64,000 bases of DNA from Auanema rhodensis (taxonomy: Eukaryota > Animalia > Nematoda): contig OZ059896.1 of NCBI GenBank assembly GCA_964057225.1, positions 15,872,001 through 15,936,000 on the forward strand, written 5' to 3'. Every line of letters starts with the position of its first letter. The first letter of the stretch is position 1. Made by a program: the position numbers and the translations under genes. Positions 1 to 10,135 of the stretch are shown here, piece by piece. The notes under the pieces were generated by a model. That model saw only the letters and a list, made by a program, of their open reading frames with translations. It did no database searches and was not told the DNA's origin.

Positions 1-786
1 TTTAGCTTGAGTTAAATTTTGTCCGCCGAAATCAAAAACGTCTTCACTAAAAGGGAAGCATTGAAAAAAACACGTAATTGACCTTCACTAACCTTAATAA
101 ACTTAAAATATTCATGTTATTTATACAAATATTAGCATCTGCCTTCGATGATGAAACAATATCGTGAATAAAAGAAGGCCAATTACGGGGCCATTCTTGC
201 TTTACAATCTGGAGAACAGTAATAACTTAAGAAATAAATGAGTGAAAATACTTGAACGAGAACTAAATTGAGTTTGTGCAATAATACTGTTAACATCTGA
301 TTACTCTGGGTTGCGGAGTTCGCACTTAACTCTAAGATGTGCTTAACAAGGAAATTTCGAATTCCTTCTCTCTGTATCACAGGAAGTGCTTTCCATCTCA
401 AAATATCGAGAAAATGTATAAAATGTCATAAAACCTTATGAATTACCTGGTATGCACAGCATTCTCTAACAGTTGGAGAGCAAAATATTTAGATTCAACA
501 GATTGCGAAAGCTCGAGAATAGAATCGACCTTAAAGACCTCAGACTTAATTTTTTCACTAGCATTTTTTAACCTTCATCCAAGCATCGGGATCCTGCTTG
601 ATTCTAACAAGTAATTCATTTGCTTTTCTCTGCTCATCTCCTGAGCCATGATTTAGAATATAGAGAACCTGAGTATTTAATTCGAGGAAAATATTTCATA
701 TGCATGCATACCTGATCAACAATTTGCACATTAAGTTTTTCCTGTCCAAGAAAATGCCTCTCCGCTAATTCTAGCACAGTTGACAT
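1..786 (-). CDS. xpo-1: Exportin-1/CRM1, 5' portion (runs off left edge; multi-exon)
   Basis: Spliced translation [45 protein letters not shown]...[19 protein letters not shown]...EGIRNFLV...[26 protein letters not shown]...[25 protein letters not shown] matches the CRM1 N-terminal signature. Confidence 0.95.
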
Positions 787-1430
787 CTTCAAAAACCAAA
801 AGAAACTTATTTCAAAAAACTCGAACACGACATTAAAAAAAGAATGAACTACTGAACGGCGTTATTTTTCTACTAATAACCGTTCATGCAAAAATGTTAC
901 TGCGTACACTTACGCAAATCAACACGGCCATAGCCGTGCCCTTTTGGCAGTTAAAGGGATAAAAGCCATTCAAATTGCTCTTGATTCAATATTATCAAGA
1001 AATGATTAAAAGTGCGAACAAGCAGGAAAATTGTTGAAAAAAGTAGCTTCCCTGACTAATTCGAAATTAAAAAAATATTATTGTAGATGCTAGTATATAG
1101 CATCGCACACGTTTCCCAAACATAACAAATCAATATTAATAATTGAAATACAATATACATGATGAAACATTTAACAAGAAATCATAATAATTAAGATTCC
1201 GATAGAGTAAATGAACAAGTAATATATGAAACATTTATCATCATTCGTCTTATTCATATTGTATCATTAATTTATGCGAAGATAAAAATCTATCAATGGA
1301 ATGTACTAAAATCACTTATATCAACACAATACAAAATCTAGAGGCCCCAAGATGTCAATAACGTGAGTAAAATTATGCAAATGTGGGAGCAGTCGAAGTA
1401 TACAAATATTTTACATCACCTACTATTAGA

Positions 1431-1825
1431 TTAGAAAACAGTTTGAGTATTAAACTTGTTCTGCCAGAAAACAAGAATTAGGGTTACTCCGTACATTCCA
1501 GCGGCAATCCAACATTGAGTAGCCTTCTCACTGTACTTGGCTTCAATAACGCTAAAAAAATTGAATAATTTTTGTCACATATGCTGCACTGTTGTCAAAA
1601 AACTAAGTATTAAGCTTACCTCGTTGAAGGATTTTCCTCAGTGAAATGAAGGTCGGGGAAGAGAGTTACAGCTTGGGTGTAAAAGAATACTCCTAGAATT
1701 CCGAGAAAGATGACACCCCAAACGGACATTACCATGCTGAATAATTGTGTAAGGCAGTTTTCCAGTGATGAAACTTACCAAAAAGCAGAAGTAGTAGGTC
1801 CCAAAATTGGACAGATTTTGCCCAT
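1431..1825 (-). CDS. RNASEK: Ribonuclease kappa / V-ATPase Vo subunit f (RNASEK family), 3 exons
   Basis: Exons 1825-1779, 1736-1620, 1551-1431 give MGKICPILGPTTSAF.MVMSVWGVIFLGILGVFFYTQAVTLFPDL...YSEKATQCWIAAGMYGVTLILVFWQ..., two TM helices with the SxWGxIFL and CWIAA.xY motifs of RNASEK. Confidence 0.88.
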
Positions 1826-2121
1826 GATGCTCTGAAAAATACGTATTCTTAGTATTAAAAAAGAGAAAAAGTTAACCATAAGATAAAAACAAAGATAAGG
1901 CTATGATAAGGCGAGAGGCCTCAGGAAATCGTCAATAATTTCCATACTATAGATGATTAATGTTGGAAAATTAAAACTTATGCTTACATGAAAGTTTGCT
2001 ATGAAATTTATGAAAAAGTTATGGTATGTGTATTCAACAATTTGATAGAAAGACAAAAATACAGACTCCTCTCCAAAAAGAGCATTGATTTTCGGTCGCC
2101 ATACGCCCGCTGCGTATAGAA

Positions 2122-2317
2122 AAATACGCAACACGTTCAATAAAGCTATTTATGAAAAAAACATATGAAAAATAGTTTTGCAATTAAAACAATTTTTATT
2201 TTAATTTTTCTTATGTAAAATACCACCACTTAAGAAATAAAAAAGTTATTAATTTTTTTAAAAATTTCATTATAAGTTATTTTCTTTTAAATGATTTTTG
2301 GAGCGTGTTGCGTATTT
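2122..2317. promoter_or_regulatory. Putative bidirectional promoter with 17-bp inverted repeat
   Basis: AAATACGCAACACGTTC (2122-2138) and GAGCGTGTTGCGTATTT (2301-2317) are reverse complements at 16/17 positions and flank an A/T-rich core between the divergent RNASEK and vha-17 genes. Confidence 0.6.
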
Positions 2318-2435
2318 GTGAACATCGATCTCTAGTCCATTCATCGAGAGCTTCACCGTGCGAGGCTCCGCTCATTTTCATTTTAATATTTTTACTGTTT
2401 TATTATAATTTCATTGTATTTTTTTCTTTTTTAAG

Positions 2436-2812
2436 ATGGGAGTTGTTATTCCTCTTGTGTCTGTCACAGCTTTTTGGCTTCTTATTGGTATCGGAGGGCC
2501 ATTCCTTGTACCTAAAGGACCAAACAGAGGTTATATTTAATTTTTATTATTATTTAACTATTTTAACTTTAAGGAATTATTCAAACTATGATTATTATGA
2601 CCGCTGTCTGCTGCCACGTTTTCTGGATCATGGTAAGTAGTTTTTGAAATATTTATTCATCAGAAAACAGCTAAGTTTTTAGCTTAATAATGTATTTTAT
2701 CATTCAGATTTACCTTCACCAACTTAACCCCTTAATTGGACCACAAATCAATGTAAAGACTATTCGCTGGATTTCTGAGAAGTGGGGAGACGCTCCACAA
2801 GTTCACAACTAA
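2436..2812 (+). CDS. vha-17: V-ATPase Vo subunit e, 3 exons
   Basis: Spliced [81 protein letters not shown]; PKGPNRG and QLNPLIGP motifs of ATP6V0E. Confidence 0.96.
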
Positions 2813-3086
2813 GATATACATAGAGTCGTCGAATGTTAGTTTTAATCTACCGAAATTTCTATCTTCTTCACTAGTTTTGTATGGCTCACTGTAGCTAATA
2901 TGTGCCTTATTGGTTATTTTGTACCGAAAGGGGTTTAGCAGAGCATGAGTTTCTTCCCAGAAACTAACATATATTTTTTTACATTCCAGCTCCGTGATAT
3001 ACGCTTAGATACCTAGACTTATGATTAATTTTTCATACTTTTTATTGTATATTAACAGAAATGTATTTTTTAATCGCAATGTTATT

Positions 3087-4453
3087 CTAAGTGCACAGGC
3101 CTAAACTAAATGTAACTAAAGTTTGATCGAACATGTACATGTGACTTGTAAGCTTTCTCAACCAAGATCCTCTGTTGCAGGCTTCTGTTTCAGCTTGAGA
3201 ACATATTTTATAAGTTTGGTTTGTCATATGGGAACTGTAGAAGACCTATAAAAGTTAAACTTAATAATAATATTTCCTTTCTGTCATCCAACCTCATATT
3301 TTGTATGATAAGGTGCAGTTAAAAGCTCACTTATTCGAAATGGAAAATCTGGAACCCAATCACCATCACGTATGATTCTAAAAGATTTATGAATCTGAAA
3401 CTATTCAAATATATGACTAAGTAAAATAGACTATCTAACAAGGTTGTTATGGATGTCGACGAATGTTTCATCTCCAGCTCGAGGACCGGATAAAGAGTAT
3501 TCAGTAACATCTTTTGAATACTTTTGTTTAATATGTACCGAAAATATATTTGCCATGGTTGCTCCAAGGGAATGACCACAAGTCTTAAACAAATATTTTT
3601 ATAAAATATCATTTTTTGTCAATGATATACCAGAATGTTATAATTTGGATATGCTTTAATAGCTTTTTCAATATGATTATCAATTCCAGCTTCTAAAAAA
3701 CGTTCATACGCGCGGTTATAATATCTGATCATTTTTCCTCCTAATCGAGTTTCTTCAAACATGCCAGTGAAGAATTGTATACCTTGAGTGACAAACTATA
3801 AAGAAAATAATAGAATAAAGATAAAAAAATTTTGTTTTCAACCTGAATAGGACCAACAGTGGCTTGAAAACACACAGCGATTCTTTGTCTCTCATCGTTT
3901 ATAGCTATCAAAGCTGCTAATTTTTGCTAAACATATTATTTATTTAATCATATGAAATATAACAAAACCCATACAGAACCAAAATATGTGTTTATATTGA
4001 TTTCTGCAAATACTTTTACTTCTGGATTGATTTTATTAAGACAAGATTCGACCTAAACATTACATGCATTAATAAATAATATAGAAAACAACTTACAGCA
4101 CCAGGTACCATACTATTATGAACTCGATTAGCTGCTAATATATAGAAAATTACCTCAGATCGAGCCATTGTATCACTATAAGTTGGCATAGTAAATTGAT
4201 CAAGAGGGCAGTTAATTGGTGTCAATACAGAACTGCTTGGATGACAAAGATATTTGGATGATACACAGCTTGAACTGCTAATACACCATCTGTAAAAAAT
4301 CGGTGAATGCTTGTAATGTGTATACACTTACCGGCATTTCCTCTTATTTTCAACAGATTTAGAACAAGATTCACAGGCATCATATTGTGAACAAGAGAGA
4401 CAGAGGGTCAGAAGAAAGCAAATAAAAATATAAATAACTCCAAAATTGCACAT
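3087..4453 (-). CDS. Secreted class-3 lipase with N-terminal PSI-like Cys-rich domain (multi-exon)
   Basis: Signal-peptide-like MCNFGVIYIFICFLLTLCLS, then CSQYDACESC...KCRWCISSSSCVSSKYLC; spliced exons give IAVCFQATVG, TCGHSLGATMA (nucleophile elbow), GPRAGD, FRIIRDGDWVP (Asp) and SHMYMF (His). Confidence 0.88.
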
Positions 4454-4528
4454 AACTATGTTATAGTTTGGGTTAAATTCAATTACAAACTCTGAGAAAT
4501 TTGGAAAAGACACCTGTCTTGCCAAAAA

Positions 4529-4542
4529 GTCTCCATGGTTAC
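4529..4542. promoter_or_regulatory. X-box-like (RFX/DAF-19) element
   Basis: GTAACCATGGAGAC on the minus strand, one mismatch to GTHNYY-AT-RRNAAC, ~80 bp upstream of the lipase ATG. Confidence 0.45.
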
Positions 4543-4929
4543 AGAAAAGAGCTGGCTTCGGTTATCAGCAGGTGCAGGTACAAAAACCGAATTTTTCAAA
4601 AATGAATGATGGAGGATGATAGAGGATGATGAGTAGGTAAGACAAGAGAAAACTGAAATTATAAGCTTATTGAAACAACAATAGTCCGATTAAAAGGACT
4701 ACGAGTCATTTATATTTGTTCTGAACTATCATCTGGCAAATATATAAAAAGACAGATTATATATCGTCGTTTTCTTAGAGCAAATTGCATGTAACGTTCT
4801 TATCAGTTTAATCGAAAAGAGCGACACAATGCAATAATTGCTCACAACTATTGATATTCTTCTACGTTCAGTACCAAACACCTTCTTGTATATTCGTTTT
4901 AACTGTATTATTCTGGTTCCTACTTCAAA

Positions 4930-6443
4930 ATGCTTGGATCACCAGTATCTCCAGATGAAGAGGAAGTATTGACAACCGAAGAGTATCAAATATATCTCAT
5001 GAAAGAGGTTTGTTGTATGACATCAGTATGTTATAGAAGTTGCATGTATTGTATTCAGATATCACGCTTAAAATCTCAAAATGCCCATGCAAAGGAGAAG
5101 AATAAAAAAAATGCTGAGACGGTTTCGATTATCTTGTAAAGCTAACATATGAATATTCATTATTTAGAATAATGATCTTTCTAAACAGCTTAAGCAATAT
5201 CAAGAAGAAAATAATGCTCTAAGGGCCGAAAACATCAAACTTCGAGCTGAAAGATGGAATGATGTTGAATACTTATTAAATGTTTCAATTATTAATATAT
5301 ATATACTTTCAGATAAAGAATATTTTAAAAGAAAATCAAAATTTATCTGTAGAAGTTGAAGAAATGAATGATATGTTTCAACAGCTGACAGGAACAAACC
5401 AAAATCTAAGAGATCGCTATGATCAAATGGATTCAAAAGTAAGATATATTTTTTATATTTTTCACTTATATTTAAACACTAAAGTTTATATTGATTCTTT
5501 CAATTTGTATAGCTATTTCATTTACAAGTGTTTATATACTTAATGCTCACGTTTACATGTACTAAACTGAAACTTATAACTTTTATGTGTCGAACAGTAT
5601 AGAGCTTTTGAACATATTATATTGAATATTAATTTTTATCAAGTACTGTTGAGGTATAATACTGTATTGATTTCAATTGAGTTAATACAGGTTTATAGAT
5701 AATCATATTAGTCTTCCATTCATAGCAATTTGATAAAAATCATAGATATGCACTTCAATTTGAATTCTTTCTAGGCAATGGAACTTGAAGAAAAATGCCG
5801 AATATTACAAAAGGAAATCAATGATGTGAATAAAGAAAGTGAAATTTTGGAAAGACTCAATGAGCAACTATTAAAGCAAAATCAGAATTTGAATAGGAAA
5901 ATAGAGGTAAAACAAAATTTATAACTAATCTATAATTTTGTTTTAGAAATTGAAAACAATTCGAACTAGTCCTGTTATTCCTGGAGTTGATACCGAAAGC
6001 ATTGATCCTGAACTAAATGGACTCCCTTATTATCATGGAGATATAGGCATTACATCTGTGCAAAGTATATTCATTACTTTACATTAAGGTCGTCAGAAGG
6101 CAGAAAAGATATTAGCTGATTCAACAGATGGATGTTTCTTGATTAGGCGATGTGAAATGAGTGTAAGTATCCAAAAACACTGTTGATTAAGTGTTTGAAA
6201 ACTAAGATGAACTAATAGATTAATTTTCAGCTTCTAGACTTTACAATATCTGTAAAGAGTGGCAAAGGAGTCAAACATTACTTAGTTAGAAAGGAAGGAA
6301 GAAGGCTTTTCATATCTTGTAATGTATTTGAATGTTGGGAAGCCTTAGTGAATTACTATAAAAGGAGGCCACTACAGAAAATAGGATCGCGACATATATC
6401 GTTGACTAGGCCATTTAATGTAGAGCTCGAAATTAGTATTTAA
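4930..6443 (+). CDS. Coiled-coil protein with a single C-terminal SH2 domain (multi-exon)
   Basis: Heptad-rich N-terminal exons, then LPYYHGDIGRQKAEKILADSTDGCFLIRRCE...DFTISVKSGKGVKHYLV...FECWEALVNYYKRRPL...LTRP, a complete SH2 pattern. Requires a GC-AG intron at 6047-6088. Confidence 0.82.
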
Positions 6444-6506
6444 CCAAACATACAATAATTATACATGTTATTATACAGGCATATATGCATAAATTTCAGA
6501 ATATTC

Positions 6507-7222
6507 TTACTTATTTTGTATCATGTAATAACCTTCGGATTGTAGAATTCGTTGCTTTTTTTCCAAACCATATCCATATCCACCTAAGCTACCTCCACTC
6601 CTAATAACTCTTCAAAAAAACCAGTAATTTTCTTTGATTTGTATTTTTTATTCAAAAACCTGTGGCAAGGCACTAATATGGGAATCGGATTAGAAGAACA
6701 AGCCGTTGCAACAGCTCGTACAGCCTTTGGATTTCCTGCTTTTGTTGCAACCTAAATAACTTTTCAAAATAAAGTAAAAATAATAAAATTTTAAATCAAA
6801 ATTACGCGAACATCACAAAGCAGAACACAAAACTGTAAAGGTTATTACCTCGGCATAGGATAAACATGCACCTCTCGGGATTTCTTGTAAAACTTCCCAA
6901 ACACGTGTATAGAAAGGTGACCCTTTCAAATATAACGGCAACTTTTCAATTTCCTTACCCAAGCATGCAGCTTGAATCTTAAATTGATTTATCGAAAATT
7001 GCTTCTTCGCCTTATACGTACCTCTTTCATATATTTAACTTCTCCCTTTTCAACAATAGTCTGTGGAAATCTTTTATGAAGTTTCTCCAGAGATTTTTCT
7101 AATTCATTCTTCTTAATTTCACTTACCGCAAGGTCGAGGAAGCAAATCTCATCCGATTCCGTAACACATAGGAAGCAATCACCCAGATCGGTAGAGAAAA
7201 CATTATATTTAATTACTTTCAT
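6507..7222 (-). CDS. agt-1: O6-alkylguanine-DNA alkyltransferase (MGMT/Ogt), 4 exons
   Basis: Spliced ...KGSPFYTRVWEVLQEIPRGACLSYAEVATKAGNPKAVRAVATACSSNPIPILVPCHRVIRSGGSLGGY...; PCHR active site and HTH arginine finger. The start codon could lie slightly further upstream. Confidence 0.93.
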
Positions 7223-7511
7223 TATTTTAGAAGTCGTTGAATTCTTACAAGTTTGCAAGAAAAGTTTCAACATTTTGAAATATGTCCACCCTTTAACCAT
7301 TTATAACAGAGCACGGTTTCTTCATCAATTTTTAAATTCACTTTTTCCAAAATATAAAATTATAATTTAAGTAGTATATATCAATTATGGATATGTATAT
7401 ACATTTATAGTCATTATGATCATTCAGTTTAGAAAAATGAAGTAAAATATTTGTTTTGTAGGTCAAGCCATGACAGCAATAAGACCGAATATATTGAACA
7501 GCGCGTACGGG

Positions 7512-7593
7512 GCACTGATGTCCGAGTGGTTAAGGAGTTTGACTCGAAATCAAATGGGCTTTGCCCGCGCAGGTTCGAATCCTGCTCAGTGCG
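7512..7593 (+). tRNA. tRNA-Ser (anticodon CGA)
   Basis: Acceptor stem GCACTGA/TCAGTGC, D arm TCCGAGTGGTTAAGGA, anticodon arm TTTGA-CTCGAAA-TCAAA, long variable arm GGGC-TTT-GCCC, T arm GGTTCGAATCC, discriminator G, downstream T5 terminator. Confidence 0.97.
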
Positions 7594-7776
7594 AAGTTTT
7601 TGCAATTGTTGGAATAGATCACTCGTGTGATATATTATACCATGCATTGAATTTTTCAAAGAAAAAATTTCATTTTTTATAGAAGAAGTAATTATTTTTA
7701 TTGTTCGAAACTAGAAATTGATAAAAATTTAAAACATTTTTTTACAATTTATTCTCATGTTATAAGCGAAGTAATA

Positions 7777-8959
7777 TTAGGCTTTCTTATCGTAAGTGTT
7801 TGCTAAAGCAGATAAATCATAAGTTTGCTCCTCATTAGTCTGCTGATTGGCAGGCTCTTCCTTTTCATATCGCTTATTTTTGACCGAATTGTTGTTATCA
7901 ACTGTTTCCTCACGATGAGGGCAAGGACAATATGCTGCATCCTCTCCAGGGCTTCCAGGAATACCAGGCTAAAATAACAAAAAATAATGGTTGGTACTAA
8001 ATTTTAATTATTACTTGTCCAGGTCTTCCACGTGGTCCCGGCATTCCAGGTAGACCGCGCTCTCCAATTGGGCCTGGTAACCCGTCTGGCCCCTCTTCAG
8101 CAACTCCTTGCTCTCCTGGGGGACCTGGGGGACCTCGAGGTCCTGGCATACCCTTTCTTCCTGGGGCTCCAGGAGTGTATCGATATCCGGGTTCTCCAGC
8201 CTTTCCAGGAGTACCAGGGTGACCAGGTTGTCCACTTCTACCTTTTGAACCGGGTGGACCCATTGGTCCAGGAGAGCCATCGCGTCCTCCTTCTCCGACA
8301 GGCCCATTGGGACCTCTAGGTCCAGGAGTTCCGGGTTGGCCAGGTTTTCCAGGCTCTCCAGGGGCTGAATTGTAATCATAAGAACCTAATAAGGATAAAA
8401 CAATTAAACCTCCGGCAGGGCATTTGATACATCCACTTGAAGTATATCCATATCCATCGGTACTATCTTGGGCAGGAATTCCATCATAGGCGGGAGGTCC
8501 TGCAAGACCAGGAACACCATCTACTCCAGAGTGTCCTCGAGGTCCTGGTGGTCCAGGTGGACATGAACTTCTGGTCATACAACCTACAAATTTCGTTTTT
8601 AATTAATTTGTTTTGAATAATATAAAAAATAGAAATATACTTACTGCATTGTGATGGCAAATCTCTGCGATAACGAGTTCCAACTAATTTTTCAAATTTT
8701 TGAATTCGCTGTTCAGAATTTCCCAAGTTCATAACATCATTCCAGGCATCATTTGTCAAATTCTGAAACAATATTCAGAAAATCAACAAGCTTGATGAGA
8801 GTAAGAACATACTTGAACTTCTTCAAAATCTTGCATAGAATGCTTGAAGAACTCATTCCACTCGTCTATACATGATTTCAGATAAACTGTAGAGAAGGAA
8901 AGGAGTCCAAAACTCAGAATAATAGAAAAAATAGCTGCGATAGAAGCACTATCTTTCAT
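7777..8959 (-). CDS. Cuticular collagen
   Basis: N-terminal hydrophobic anchor, RYRR furin-type site, C-CC..SSCPPGPPG, interrupted Gly-X-Y blocks with CIKCP, C-terminal GEDAAYCPCP. Confidence 0.96.
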
Positions 8960-9928
8960 GAATGCTGGAAATGAAAATAAGTTTATATCGGAGACTAATC
9001 AACAGAAAAGACAATAACAATAAAATAAGAAATAGCTTGTTCATTCTACAATTATATTGAAAAAACAGCTTCTTTATGTATTTATATCATAGGCTTCTCA
9101 GAAGTAGCATGAAGAACACGTATAATTCTTGGATTTGAACGACGTCAATTTCATCATACCATTTGCTGGACAATGGTAGGCTGCACCCCACAAAAACTGG
9201 TTAGTCCAGTACATCGGAAGGATGAGACTTAGCACCACATGATAAGAAAAAGGATAGATAATCACAAAAAGTGTATATCACAAATGATAATATGATTAGA
9301 GAAGCCAGGTTGTTTCGAGAATTCACGAGACGATAGGCTCGTACACGTTAATCTTCATATGGCGTTTATTCATTAGAAATCAGTTTTCTTGTCATGGCCT
9401 ATCAGTGAAAGTGAGAGAAAGCAATCACTGTTTTAATTGTTGGACTAAATTATGAAAAACACTTGGAGAAAAAAACAAATTAAAATAGAAAATATATATT
9501 TTTCTGTATTAAATGAAGTTAAGTATATTTTTTTCATTTTAAACACCTAATTCAATCAAATCAAAACGGAGGTAAGAATAAATGGAAAAAAACTGAAAAA
9601 GCTGATTCATTTCCTTGCCTCAAATGCCGTTCAACACATTGCGAAAAACTTTCCAAATCTCTTCTTTTTCATCGTACTTCTAATGTTCACATGTGGAAAA
9701 AAAATACACTCAGATGCAACCGTAATCCAGGCACACACTCACAGAAATGAAATTCCTTCAATTATAGTTAGGTGGTGAGATGTATTAACGTACACTAACT
9801 AAACACTACAATGCTTATATAATATTTCTTATTTTAAATTTCTCTCATAGAAATTTATTATAAAATACTTCCTCTGTTTTATTATGAATATACATAGTGA
9901 AGAACTATTAAAATATATTTTTAATTAT

Positions 9929-9969
9929 GGCGCCAAGTATCATAAACGCGCGAATTTGAAATTTTCGAA
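9929..9969 (+). promoter_or_regulatory. E2F/CDE-CHR (DREAM/DRM) promoter element of spd-5
   Basis: GGCGCCAA (9929-9936), then CGCG-N4-TTTGAA (9947-9960; also TTCGCGCG on minus), then TTCGAA, ~180 bp upstream of the ATG. Confidence 0.65.
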
Positions 9970-10135
9970 ATTTAATAGTATTATAACTATAACTAAAGAA
10001 ATTGTATTTGATTGTATGATTTGGTCATTTGCTTCTTTTGGATAATTGAAATTAATTCGAAGTTACTCTTTTTATTGAATTATTAGATTATGAATATTTT
10101 TAAAATTTTCTTTTTATAGATTTTTGTATAAAAGT

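Noticed and set aside
787-1430. RNASEK-xpo-1 operon
   Set aside because: Same strand, but a 644-bp gap with its own promoter-like palindromes; cannot be supported without SL2 data.
8011-8379. Alternative-frame and antisense ORFs over the collagen
   Set aside because: Expected by-product of GC-rich Gly-Pro codon repeats.
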